A stretch of 63,996 nt of DNA, the filler included, from Reclinomonas americana ATCC 50394 (lineage: Eukaryota), in assembly GCA_048213135.1 (NCBI GenBank). It is 14 parts of 14 records of this genome, joined end to end, with 100 filler letters (N's around TTAATTAATTAA, not from the genome) between each part and the next. Parts side by side here need not be neighbours in the genome. Positions count along the whole stretch, not along the records: positions 1 to 4,909 come from AFZH01016920.1; positions 5,010 to 9,429 come from AFZH01016921.1; positions 9,530 to 16,218 come from AFZH01016922.1; 11 more parts are not named here. One strand, 5' to 3'. A model generated the notes under the pieces. It did not search any database. It saw only the letters and a list, made by a program, of their open reading frames with translations, and was not told where the DNA came from. Made by a program: the position numbers and the translations under genes. Of the stretch, positions 1 through 12,215 are shown in pieces. Position 1 is the first letter of the stretch, and each line of letters starts with the position of its first letter.

Positions 1-1113
1 AAGCCAGAATTCATCGACACGTGCCCTTCGAACAAGGGCATGGAGTTGTCATGCTGCACGAGCAACACCTTTTCCAGTTGCGATTGGTGGAGAGCCGCGT
101 GTGTGTTTTTAATGCTTTGCTCATGGTGTGCGCTGCAGATCTCAAGATCGACTTGACGAATCGCACCACCGTGTACACGCGGGGTGTGGAGGGATTCGGT
201 GCGGCATTGGAGCGCATGGCCAATCTGGCGGCGGCCTGGGTGCACACGATGGTGACGGGTGACGACGCAACGAAGCGTCTGGCCACGGCACACGCCGACG
301 CGCTGGCCACCGTGCAGGCGTTTGTCAAGTCACGTGGTGCCGACGTCAACCGGTGCTTCACGGCCATCCAGCAGTACCTGTCGGGATTGGCGTGCCTGGC
401 GTGCCGCTCCGACTGGAGCACCTTCATGTCCACCAGTGCCACGGGCATGACCACCTTGCGGCTGGCCACGAGCACCTGCGACGCCCTGGAGGCCGGCTGC
501 ACCGGTCTGGTCGACAATTACTGGCGCGCTGTGGCCGGTATCCGTACTATTCTGGACCTGGTGACCGACTCGTCGGTGACTCGACCGTTTGAGGTGCCGG
601 CGGCGTCGCCCTGCGACGCTGTCGTCGCGCCGGCTGTGACCACCACCAGTGCCGCCACCGCGACCACCACCACCGTCACCACGCCGACCACGACCACAGC
701 GAGTGCGGTGCAATGCAGGCGTCATGTGTGCGAGACTGTGTTCCGCGGTCCGCACGTACGCCTCGCTGCACCCAAGGCGTCGTCGCAGAGTGGTGGCACG
801 AGCTCCACCACAGCGGCGGTTCTGGCTGAGGAGATGCTGGTGTTGGCCGGTGCCATGGAAGACACGACGGCGGCCACGGTCTCGAACACGTACGGCGGCT
901 CCGGTTTCGATGTGTCGACCTCGGGTGCCTCGGCAAACCTCGGTTGCGTCGCGACACAATGTCGTCTCTCCCTCCACAGCTTTCGTCTCACTCGCTTTCC
1001 ACGTCGCAGCTCCGCAACGGACCTCAATGTCGAGCGGCCACCGTTCGAATGTGTGGTTGGTTGGCGTCTGGCTGGCCACCCTCCTGGTGACCGCCGTGTG
1101 CAGTGTCATATAA
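1..1113 (+). CDS. Cys-rich, probably GPI-anchored surface protein (5' partial; folate-receptor/Frizzled-CRD-like Cys pattern)
   Basis: Splicing GT-AG introns 77-138 and 943-1009 gives an open frame: ...CPSNKGMELSCCTSN...GLACLACRSDW...LRLATSTCDALEAGC, a Thr-rich linker, and a hydrophobic C-terminus VWLVGVWLATLLVTAVCSVI*. Confidence 0.55.
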
Positions 1114-1151
1114 ACATAATGCAAGTAATGAAAACGAAGCAGATGGGATGC

Positions 1152-2352
1152 TCATTTACTGCTGGCGTCGGCAAAGAAGGCAATCTCGGCGGCCACCGGC
1201 ACATGGTCGCTGCCGTGTTGCGCATTGGGAATGCCACCACCCTCGGCTCGCAAGCTGGCGGCACTGTCGACCTGCAACACGCGCACCACGCGCGTGCCAC
1301 GCGCATCGCAGAACACGTGATCAATGGCCGAGCAGCGCCGCGGCGTCACCGTGGTGTGTGTCGGCGGGGGCGTGTACACACTACGCAGACGGCCAGCACC
1401 GCCCAGGAACTCCTCGCAGACGTACTGCACGACGCGACTGCGTGGCTCGTTATTAAAGTCGCCACTCAGCACCACATGCACCGCACCCGGCGGCCACCCA
1501 AACTGCTTCTCCCACTCGCCGAGACGCTCACGCACGTGCGCGTCGAGTTGTCGCAGCTCGGCCAGCTGCTCTTCTTCTTTCCGCGGATCCCAATACAGAT
1601 GAGTGCACACAACGAGGATGGGTGGCGGCGGCGTGGATGTGGCACCGGTGCCAGCACGCGGCTGCAGCAAGGCCAGAGCGGCCACACGATCGTGCTTATC
1701 GTCAAAGTCTACGGCGTCGGCGGCCAGCAACTCAAACTTGTCGGTGCGGAAAAACACCCCACATCCATCCTGCTTGTTGCGCCCACTCCACGACGAGTAG
1801 TGCACCGACGGTCGCCGTACATACACTGCAGCAAGGAGAACATGAGAGGCAGCAGCAAAAGCAGAAGCAGAAGCAGAAGCAGAAGCAGGCTGACCGCTGT
1901 CGAAACCGGCACTGGCGAGGTGTGGCTTGAAGAACGTCCAGTAGTCAGTGAGCTCCTCCAGGCACCACACATCGGCATCGATGGCCAGCATGCGCGACAG
2001 CAGCACCCACTTGCGCGACGACCACTCCAAGTGCTAGCACGGCGACGACGACGATCAACAAAGTTTCAAGCATCCTCACACGCATGCATTTTACCTCACG
2101 CGCGACATAGCCAAAGTACTCCGGGAGACCGAGGTTCGAGCCCAGAATGTTGTACTGGCCCACTACGCACGAGAAGGATGGTGCATTCGTGGCCGAGACA
2201 CCATCATTATCATCAGCAGCCGCGACTGTTGTCCACTGCACAGAAGGTTGTCGCGGCAATGGCGACTGCGACTGCTGCTGCTGTGAAGAGTGCAACCAGC
2301 GGCGCCCAAGGACACTGCGCACAGGCGGTGATCTAATCGCCCGCCACAACAT
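1152..2352 (-). CDS. EEP-superfamily CCR4/nocturnin/Angel/PDE12-like phosphatase-deadenylase, probably mitochondrial
   Basis: Motifs QYNIL, DADVWCLEE, DGCGVFF, THLYWDP, SGDFN, IDHVF, GSDHVPV; one intron 2034-2094; Arg-rich amphipathic N-terminus MLWRAIRSPPVRSVLGRRWLHSS. Confidence 0.85.
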
Positions 2353-2521
2353 CGTCAAAGTCGCCACTTTGGGGTTCAAGTCCCCGACCAACGGAATTTA
2401 TCATATCTTTTTATTTCGCGCGTGAGGGAGAGAAGACAACTTGACTCTTTCTGTGTGTTGTCAGAGAGCGTGCACAAAAGCATCGGAGAGAGAGAGAGCA
2501 GAGTGCAACATTTGACGAAGA

Positions 2522-4806
2522 ATGTTCACGGATTCTGTGTTTGGATGGGGCGACTACCCGATGGTATCTCCGTCGACTCCGACCTCCGGCGGCCCCTCAT
2601 CGTCGTCACAAGGCGGCGCAGTGCAGTCGCGTCGCCTGTCGTCGGGTGGCACTGGCAGCAGCAGCAGCAACAACAACAACAACCTTACCAGCAGCGACGA
2701 CGTGATTTCGTCACCGACTACTGAGGGTGTGTATGTGTGGTGGCGAGGGTGGCCGCAGCAGCAGCCGCCGGCTGACGCCACGTGTACCACCGCTACTGCA
2801 GGTCTGCCGCTCATGCCCTCGTCATTCGCTGCCAGTGCGCCACTGCCACGTGGCGCGTCGGCGGCCGCCGCCCTTGATGTCCATGATGATGGCGATGACG
2901 ACGACGACGACGAGGACCTGCCTCCGTCGGCGCACTTGTGGCGGCCCACCATGCTGAAGAAGGTGCGGCCGGCGGTGGCTTCCGATGGGAGCACGCCTGC
3001 CACGCGGCGCACGGGGGCGGTGGTGGGTGTGGTGGGTGATGGCCACAACCTGATGCGTCCGTCGTCGGTCGACGAGAGCACCAACTTGCCGCCGCTGACG
3101 CCCATGGTGCCGCCGACGCCAAACACCACGGCGGGTGGCACCTTGGCCTCGGCGGCAGCAGTGCAGCCGCTGATGGATTCGGCGCACCGGTTTTCGCCAC
3201 ATCAGGTGTCACCATCAGTGGTGCCGACGCGCGATGCCTCTCGAACGTGAGTGTGTGTGTGCTGTTGTGCATAGAGTGCGTGCGTGTGCAGGGGGTTTCG
3301 GGGTCTATTCTGGGGGTCTTTCGTTTCCATTTTGAGTGGGCACCTTTGTTGTGCTGCTTGCTTTCCCGGCGCTGCATTCCTCATTTGTGATGTGCATTCC
3401 GACGCAGACCACCGCCACCGCTGCAGCTGCCGGTTGCCGGGCGCAAGAAGACCGTGGTCAGTCGGCGTCGCAGTGCGTCGCCGGCGGCCGACAGTGCGAG
3501 TAGCAGGGGGAGCAGCAATGTGGCGCCGCAGCCGCCGGTGGTGTACGACCGGACGCCTGTGGTGAGCAATGAGCCGGCGCTGTTGCATGGGTTGGCGGGC
3601 GAGACGCGTGTGTTTCTGCGGCCGGCGGACGATGATGCGCGGCACCTGACGGCCGTGTTTCGTGTCAAGTTGGCCACCACATCGTATCGTGAGTCGCGCT
3701 CGGCGTTCCGGCTGCGCATGAATGTGTTCCACGCCGGCCACGGTGACCAGCGGCCTGTGCTGACGGTGCTGTCGCCGCGTTTCCTGTCGTTTGCCAAGCG
3801 TCGCCAGTCGACAGCCGCAGCGCAGCGGTGCAGTCGGGAGTGGGCCAGTGACGTGAATGCGCGACGATGGTCTGGTGTGCCACGCGGCGGCTCTGTGTCG
3901 ACCAAGCCGGCGAAGAAACTGGCGACGTTTTACACGGAGGACATGCCGTTCTGCTTCCTGTCGGCACCGTACACGCATGATTTCCGTCTCGATGTACCCG
4001 CCTCTGCACTCGGTTCCGAGGCGGCAGCGGAGGCCGCAGTGGGTGCGGGTCTCTCGGCCTCTCTGGAGTTGGTGGAGGCACCGGCGGGTGGTGCGTCGGC
4101 GACGCAGGGACGGACACGTCGGTCGTCGGCTCACTTGTCGGGCGACGAGGAGGCCACGGAGGACGAAGACGAGCACGAGCGAGTGGTTCACCGAACCGAT
4201 GCCGGTAGCTCTGTTGCTGTTGACGACGCCAAGCAGCATCATCATCAGCCGCAAGAGGTGGCTGGTGGTGGTGGTGCTGGTGAGGTGGAGGATTCGGTGG
4301 CTCGCCGACGACCAGTACGTGCCGCGGCCGCGCGTCGTCGCTCCATTGTGGAGATGCTGGGCGGAGAGGACGATGATGAGGAAGAGGGAGACGATCACGC
4401 GGGTGGTGCCGGTGACGAGGGCGAATACAAGGAGGACGTGGTGATGGGTGGCGATCAGGCTGGACACGTGGTTCACGACGACGATGACGAGGATGAGAAC
4501 GAGGACGTCTCTCATCGTCGTGGTGGTGGTGGCAAGCGAGGCGGCGCACGCTCACGCGCAGCGCAGCCTGGCATCCACAGCACGAGTGGCAGCCGTCGTG
4601 GCCGTCGTCCGCCGCCGTTGAACGGGCTGGCGCCGGCAATGGCCGTCGAGGAGGAGTCAGTAGCGGAGATGCCGATGAAGCGGCAGCGTGTGGAGAGTGC
4701 CGGCGGTGTTTCGCGTGCGGATCTGCCGGCGCTGGTGCGCAATCTGACGCCGGACGACCGGGCGTATCTGCGCTCGCTGCTCGACGAGGCTGCACTTGCA
4801 CGGTGA
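2522..4806 (+). CDS. Hypothetical nuclear protein; disordered flanks around one beta-rich domain, possibly a CudA/p53-like DNA-binding fold
   Basis: ORFs 2522-3250 and 3454-4806 joined by a GTGAGT intron starting near 3247; globular segment AVFRVKLATTSYRESRSAFRLRMNVF...VLSPRFLSFAKRR; acidic tracts; NLS-like PMKRQR. Confidence 0.5.
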
Positions 4807-4909
4807 GAAGGTGTGCCACGGACACGCGTGCGTGCAGCCAGTCGGCCGGGGAGAAAGAGGAGGGACGGGGAGGGGAGGGAGGACAGGAGAGATTGGTGGC
4901 TGTAAGCGT

Positions 4910-5009
4910 NNNNNNNNNNNNNNNNNNNNNNNNNNNNNNNNNNNNNNNNNNNNTTAATTAATTAANNNNNNNNNNNNNNNNNNNNNNNNNNNNNNNNNNN
5001 NNNNNNNNN
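4910..5009. other. Artificial assembly spacer N44-TTAATTAATTAA-N44 (first of 13)
   Basis: Identical 100-nt six-frame-stop linkers also at 9430, 16219, 21064, 23833, 26986, 33259, 35501, 38111, 46187, 50205, 60875 and 62733. Confidence 0.98.
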
Positions 5010-5651
5010 GTCTTCGCTGTACGTGTGTGTGTGTGTTTGTGGTGTGCGTTTGTTTGTAGATCTCCGTGTTCAGGTGCCCTGCCTTGTTGATGTATGCTTG
5101 CTTTCGCACTTCACCACCCCCCGTGTGTGTGTGTGTGCGTGTATCCGTGATGGTGGGTTGCTCGTTTGCGTTGACACTGTTCCAGTTTGCTGTTTGCATC
5201 CGTGTGCGTGTGTGTATGTGCTTCACTCGTGTGCATTCGATGGAGTCAGGGGTGTATGCGAGGTAAGCTTTGTGCAAGAGGGAACAGGGAAATTCTGCAG
5301 CTGCCGGAGGCAAGCAACTGGAGCGGGAAAAGCAATTCCTCATGGTCAATTAATAAACGTTTGCGCACGCCGCTGTGTGAGTACAGTGGCCGTTCTCGTT
5401 ACCTTCATGTCAGGCTGCTAAATGAAACCAAAAGCATCGACGATGACGCATCACCAAATTAGGGCATCGGCCATTCGTTGTCCGGTTGCTTGACTTGCAA
5501 CGCAAGCACCACAAAGCACAGCGAGCGTTGCAGCAGGAGACGAGCAAGGTGCGCGTGTGTAACACATCACCGAGTGTCTCTCCTTCTGCGCGTCTCCTCC
5601 TCAATACTTGTCGTTATTCGCGCGCACGCAGAGAGTACATCAAACACACGC

Positions 5652-6630
5652 ATGAGTCTGCTGCACTGCCTCTGCTGCTGCGACTCCACCGGCCGTGTGG
5701 TGTACTCCCTCGACGAGCCACCACGCAAGCATCGACTGCTGGCCAAGCGCGTGGTCTTCACCGTCACCGAGGGCTCACTGGGACACCGCAACAGCTTCCT
5801 CGACATTGACGAGTGGACTGCACTGCGTGTGCACCACGCCCACACACACACCGAGCCATTGTACTCCAAGAGTCACGAGGATGCATCGTGGGTGCTTCCA
5901 GAGTCGCGAGACTTTATTGGTGCGCGTGAATCAATGACGACGTCTCTCGCCCTCTCACTCACGATTGTGCGCAGGCACGAGTCACGGGCATCGCAGCAAG
6001 ACAGATGATGTGCGCATGGAGGACGTCAGTGTGGACTACAGTCGCATGGCGCCCTCTGTCATCTCTGCGCAGTTCATGACCGAGGTGGAGCGTGCGGCGG
6101 CTGTGGCCTCGGTGGCGCGTGTGAATCGCGCCGAGATTACCGAGTGCTCGGGCGAATGCTGCCGACTGTCGTTCTGTGGTGCATGTTTGCCGTCGGCGTT
6201 CGGCACCTTTACGCGCGTGGATCGCGTGCTGCGCAAGTGGAACACGAATGTGTTTGCGCAGCGCGGTCTGCACTGGCGTCGCGTGCGCCTGTCGCACAGC
6301 TGTGCCGAGCATCTGCAGCGCGATTGCCTGTGCGGGTGTCTGGCGTGCCCGTTCTCCGACCCCAACACCACCATGAATTATCCGGTGCACAGCTGCCGGG
6401 CGTACGTGTGCCTGACGTGTTGCATTCCGCTGCTGCTCTGCTCCTGTCCGCAGCCCGTCATCTTCCTGCAAGCCGTGCGCAACAAGCCAATGCGACGGCG
6501 CAACAACTACACCGCCGATACCAGCAGCCCTTCGGCGCCGGTGACCCTGGAGCGCGCCAGCAGAGCTGTCATGGCGCAAGGAGGCCGACCGGGCAGTCCA
6601 GCCGCTCTGCTCGGTCACACGGTGATATGA
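5652..6630 (+). CDS. Cys-rich protein, Erf4/Golgin-A7-like (probably palmitoylated)
   Basis: Start MSLLHCLCCC; intron about 5920-5973; segment VARVNRAEITEC...RVLRKWNTNVFAQRGLHW resembles the Erf4/GOLGA7 family. Confidence 0.45.
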
Positions 6631-6928
6631 AGTAAACAACAGTCAGGGTTTGTGTTTTTGGTTTTTCCTTTGTTTCAGTTTTTTTTTACGCATCACACAT
6701 GCACAAACACACATCACACATCACACATATACTGACGAGAGCATACACACCCCAAAAAATAAGAAAAAGAGAGCTGGGAGGGGGAAAAGCAGCGCCACCA
6801 CCACCACCACATGCACAGCGACACACAAGACAGGCAAAAAATATCACATTGGTTGGTTGGAGGAGAAGCTCACAGGTGGCGGAGGGGCGCCGGAATGAAG
6901 AGCAAAGAGAGGTGCTGCAGGCTGCGCA

Positions 6929-8427
6929 CTAGTAGTCCTCTGCATCCACGGGCTTGGAGCGCGACTTGAGTCTGTCTGACAGCTCCGACATCATGGGGGC
7001 CATGGCCAGGGCCGGTGCCAAATCGCGCTTTCGCAGCGAGCACGCCACATCCTTGGTCTTGCCAAAGTAGATCTGTGTGCGTGCAGGCAGGCGAGTGAGT
7101 ATGCAGCAAGGCAAGAGGTGAGAGACAGTAATTATGTACCCGATCCAGCTGGTTGAACATGCTGTTCTCCAGGTCCTGCACCACGTTGCCAATGTTGACC
7201 AAATGGGCGCGGCTCTTGTCGAGCGCCGACAGCTTCAGCGTCTTGGCGTCGGTCTTGGTCAGCGAGCCCGACAGATCAATGGCGCCGCTCTCCGTCACCA
7301 CCGACAGGATAATGGTCGACACAATCTTGTACGTGAAGGCACCGTTCTCGGCCGCCGCCACATCCACCACATGAATCGCATCCCACACACCAGTCTCCAC
7401 ACTCCGCCCGCCCGCCGCCGCTGCAGAGAAGCGTGAGATGCAGTAGTACGACGCACAGCGGGCACACGCAGCGCGCAACTCTTTTTCAGCAGCACCGCCA
7501 CTGCAAACTCGCCCTCCGACTCGAATGCATACACTGAGCTCACACCGCCACCATAGTACCTGTGCGCGGGTGCGTGAGCCACTGGTGCAACTAGCACACG
7601 ACAAAGGGTATGGAGCGCAACTGCTCGCGGTATGCGCGGAACACATCGTTGGCGGCGAGCTCCAGCTCTCGCAGGTGCTCTGGTGGTGTGCGACCGTCGG
7701 GCAATGGCGGATCATATTGATTCGACCACGGCGATCTGTGTGCGTGATTCGGAACACAAAATATGAGGAAAGAGGGAGGGAGACAGTGAGAGGCCATGCG
7801 TCGTGCAGAGAGAGAGAGAGGGGAGTGTCTGCGTGTAGAGTGGCCTGACAATGGCCATGACTCTCTCTTTCTCGCTCTTACACTTCCCACTGGCTTATGC
7901 TCTTCAAGTGGAGACATGTGTGCGTGTGTGTGCGCGACTAGGTGCATGTGCGTGTGTGCGCAGAGGGGTAGAGGAGAGGCGCATGCGACGGAGGAACTGT
8001 GTGTGTGGTCGACATGTCGGAGCATCTTCACCACGCAAGCAGACACGCACACACACACACACACTCTCTCTCTCTCCTTTCACACTCACCGGTAGCTGTC
8101 CTCATCACGGTTGAATTCGCATTGAATGTACTCGGCGCCACTTTGTCTGCACACACACACAAACACATCATTGCGCGTGTTATTTCTCCTCACCATGCAC
8201 GCACATGTGCGTGTCTCTCTCTCTTTTCGTGGTGGACGCAACGGGCAGATCTGCACATCCAGTGGCTGATCCACGGTATCCAGCAGATCGGCCGCAATGT
8301 CGGGAGCAATCTGCAACACGTACGCCAGATTGTTGCGCATGTTGGCCGGCGGCAGTCTCTGCAACAGGTCCAGTGCCTTGCTCAGCTGGTCGCCACCACC
8401 GCCGCTGCCGGATGCTGGCGCAGACAT
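6929..8427 (-). CDS. CAPZB: F-actin capping protein beta subunit
   Basis: Spliced translation ALDLLQRLPP...LLDTVDQPL...[25 protein letters not shown]...YYGGGVSSVY...GVWDAIHV...LSGSLT...HLVNIG...IYFGKTKDV; 5 introns. Confidence 0.97.
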
Positions 8428-8784
8428 TGTGCTCTTGGAGGGAGAGTGTGATTGAGATGGGGTGTCCCGCATGACATCTTTCAAGGCGAAGGCGATCATG
8501 CACGCATGTGGTTCGTTGAGAACATGCTCCGGGAGAGGAAGACGAGTGGATCATGCACGAAATGGAGGCGAGGAAAGCAAACAGGAGCGGGAATGATCGG
8601 AGCGCGAAGTTCATGCCGGATTTCATTCCAAAGCCTCTCCTTCCACTGCTGGCGTCTCTGGCTGAAAGACATGGTCGTTGAGGTAGAGAGATGATGCTCA
8701 TTGTGCATACACAGCGGCTTGGCATGACAGCGGATCCAGCACGAGCACTTCCTCCTGTTCTTCTCTGCCTTTCGCAAGCCTGGC

Positions 8785-9177
8785 GTGCACGTGCATCCAC
8801 AGTGCTGTGACGGGACAGGTGGCACATCGGTGATCAGCCCGTCTTGTCCGCGCACGGTGCACTGGACACAAAGGCTGGCGTGGCTCAATCGCTCATTTCT
8901 TGCTCAATCAGACGCAATGCTCGCCTCCACACTCGCACAGTTCCTCACCGGCGGCCTCTTCTGGCTCTACATTGGCGCCACGCACGTGATGGAGATCGTC
9001 TCCAACGGCGACGGCATCGACGAGGCACAGCGCGTGTACTATTCATGCCCAACCTGTCACCGACAAGTGTTTGTCTTCGCACCGCTGCGGAGCATGGTCG
9101 GCACCAAGTGCTTTGGTTGCCAGAGACAGGCACTGGCGATCCCTCCGCATCGCCTCCTCGCGAGCGCGCCTCCTTGA
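8785..9177 (+). CDS. Hypothetical small protein with CxxC...CxxC zinc-ribbon-like C-terminus (5' end unresolved)
   Basis: ORF ending YYSCPTCHRQVFVFAPLRSMVGTKCFGC; no convincing start exon found. Confidence 0.3.
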   Translation: MHVHPQCCDGTGGTSVISPSCPRTVHWTQRLAWLNRSFLAQSDAMLASTLAQFLTGGLFWLYIGATHVMEIVSNGDGIDEAQRVYYSCPTCHRQVFVFAPLRSMVGTKCFGCQRQALAIPPHRLLASAPP

Positions 9178-9254
9178 GTGAAAAACGACGAGCGGAGAAC
9201 TCCGAGTGAAATTCCCGAACACCACAACTTTTTTTGAGCCCACACAGAGAGAGA

Positions 9255-9371
9255 ATGTCAGCCCGCACACTCACCTGCCTCGGCGACACCTTTGTCCGCG
9301 CCTCTGGTGGCGAGGATGTCTCCATGGAGGCAGTGCTGCAGAGCAGCAAGTACGTTGGCATCTATTGCAGC
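9255..9371 (+). CDS. Nucleoredoxin/tryparedoxin-like thioredoxin, first exon only
   Basis: MSARTLTCLGDTFVRASGGEDVSMEAVLQSSKYVGIYCS matches the nucleoredoxin N-terminus (K.VG.YFSA.WC); followed by donor GTTGCGT and a gap. Confidence 0.65.
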
Positions 9372-9607
9372 GTTGCGTTGTCAAACAACACACTCTCTCT
9401 CTCTTTGCGCTCTCTCACTCACACGTTCGNNNNNNNNNNNNNNNNNNNNNNNNNNNNNNNNNNNNNNNNNNNNTTAATTAATTAANNNNNNNNNNNNNNN
9501 NNNNNNNNNNNNNNNNNNNNNNNNNNNNNCAGACTGCATACATTAAAGACAGTTCTCGTGCGCACTGCATGAGCGTGCGATTCGGCGAGAGGAGGCAGAA
9601 ACGCCGC

Positions 9608-11837
9608 TCAGCGTCGCATGCCTTGTGAGTCGGACATGACGTTGCCGGTGACCACCGAGACGACGGGATTGTGCGGGTCGCGGCCCACCGTGTAGACGTG
9701 GAAGCCGAGCTGTCGCAATTCGACGCCGTCGATCACGTTGCGGCCGTCAAAGACAAACGCTGGCTTGCTCATGGAGGCGTAGATGCGCGGGTAGTCGAGC
9801 ACACGGAACTCGGTCCACTCGGTGAGGATGAGGATGGCGTGCGCACCGGCGCAGGCTGTGTATGCATCGGCGCACACCTCCACGCTCGACTCCAAGTCGA
9901 CATCGTCGGGTGTGTCGTGGCACTCCTCCAGGTCGCGGAAGATCTGCACGAAAGAAGGAAATGAGCAAACCACACGACAGTAACACCTGTTTCTTGCGCG
10001 CGTGTCATCCCGTACCTGGTCCTTTTGCACCTTCGGGTCGTACACGGCCAATTGCGCTCGTTCCCTCAGCATGTCGGCACACACGTAGATGGCTGCTGAC
10101 TCGCGCGTGTCGCCCGTGTCCTTCTTGAAGGCAAAGCCGAGAATCGCAATGCGCTTGCCGGCGAGCGTGTCAAACAGCGAGCGCACCACCGACTTGGCAA
10201 AGCGCTTCTTCTGGAAGTCGTTGATCTTGATCACCTGCTCCCAGTATCTGGCCACCTCCGGCAGGCCAGACGTGTAGCACAGGTACACGAGGTTGAGAAT
10301 GTCCTTCTGGAAGCACGAGCCGCCGAAACCCACCGATGGTTGCAGGAAACGCGAGCCGATGCGCTTGTCCGTACCGAGAGCCACAGATACCTGCCAGAGG
10401 TATGCGTGTGTATGTGAGAGAGTGAAGCACAGCGCACGCGATGTTCATGCGCTCTCGTCATCGCACCTCGGCACAGTCGGCGCCAACAGCCTCACAAATG
10501 GCACTGAGAGCATTGATGCTTGACACACGTTGCGCGAGGAAGGCATTGGCCGCCAGCTTGCTCAGCTCCGACGACCACAGGTTGGTGGTGATGATGCGAT
10601 CCTTTGGCACCCAGTGCTCATACAACCACGACAGGCGCTGCGGGCATAAGGGGGAGGGCGCGCGAATGAGCGACGACACGCACAGAGGGATTGTGTGTGT
10701 GTGTGAGAGAGAGAGAGAGACAGACCTCCACCGCTCGCTGTCCGTCGGGCGTCTCGCGCCCACCAATCAGCACACGATCCGGCTCAAACAGGTCGCGAAT
10801 GGCCGTGCCCTCCGCCAAAAATTCCGGATTCGACAGCACCTCCACCGTGTGGTCTGCAGTGGCGTTGGCCGCAAAGATCTTGGCCAGCGTCTCCGACGTG
10901 CGCACCGGCACCGTCGACTTCTCCACCACCACTACGAAGCACACACAATGAGTAACACGATTGTGCGCACACCCGGCGGACGCGACAGCTGCATTCACCC
11001 TTGAAGCCGGGGCCGAGGTTGGCCACCAGCATGCGCGCCACACGCTCCACGTTCTTCACCTCGGCCGCACGTCCCTCGCCCACACCGTAGTGCTTGGTCG
11101 GTGTGTTCACCGCCACAAAAACCACATCGGCATCGCGCACCGTTTCCTCCACCTGATTTCCATCATCACCGTCAGTGTCATGTGAACTGCTCCAACTCCT
11201 GCTCCCCACTCACACACACATGTACACACAGACACACACATGCAGAGGCAAGTCGTGCAACACACACACGTGGAATCACACCTCGGAGATGCAAAGTCAT
11301 GAGAGCAAACTGACACACACGCACGCACGCACGTGTCGTGCACACGCGTGTACAGGCACACACACACGCACAAGGAGGAGAAGGGAAAGTAATGCGTGTG
11401 TGAGAGTGTGTGACAAGAAAACACAACTTGAGATGAGAAGAACAGATTGCGACCGCGGCATTCCATGACGACCTCCTCCAGTTGCGGCTCATAGATCGGC
11501 AGCTTGTCAGAGTTCCACTTGTCAATGAGTGCTGCACACACACACGCACAGAGAGAGAGAGGTCAGAGTGTGTCCGCGAGAGAGAGAGAACTGCTCAGTG
11601 AGGAAAGAGACCTTGATTCAAGTCCACCACGTGCACTTGCACGTCCGGCGACTTGAGCGCCATCACAGCCATTGTGGGGCCGCCTAGTGTGTGTGAGAGT
11701 GAGTGAGAGTGTGCGAGTGAGTGTGAGTGAGAGGAGGGAGCGAGTGTAGATGAGCATGTCGGCCACTCACCGACGTAGCCGGCGCCGACACACACCACCT
11801 TGCGCACAGGGGGGATATCTACAGAGGAGGCCGACAT
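9608..11837 (-). CDS. UGDH: UDP-glucose 6-dehydrogenase
   Basis: [86 protein letters not shown]; 7 GT-AG introns. Confidence 0.98.
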
Positions 11838-12215
11838 GGTGAGCTCTCTAAACTAGCCAAGGATAGCAGTGGTGGTAAAGAATGCCGGGACACGACGTCG
11901 AGCCAGTTTTTCCGAGCCACGAGACAACACTGGAGAACAGCTGTTCAGTGGCCAACCGCTATGAATAAAACAACATACGTCGGTGCACTGAAGGGCGACG
12001 AGAGAAAGGAAACGTGCTGCGATATCGTAATCGATATCGCTATTCCGAAACCGCGCGCTCTCTCTCTCTCTCTGTTGCACTCGGTGCATGTGAGGCATCC
12101 ACGGATAGCCGTCCTGTCGCTGTGTACGTGGTCTTGAAAGTGCCTCTTATCTTCGTCGTCAGTGGATACAAAAAGCGAATTACAATAATTTATCGATATC
12201 AGTTTTCCTTGCATG

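Noticed and set aside
21..2336. 771-aa ORF on the + strand
   Set aside because: Chimera of one real exon of the first gene and the antisense shadow of the EEP gene; GC-rich DNA leaves long shadow frames.
4954..4965. Recurring TTAATTAATTAA palindrome as a biological repeat or CRISPR-like array
   Set aside because: Always centred in 44+44 Ns; it is a six-frame-stop assembly linker.
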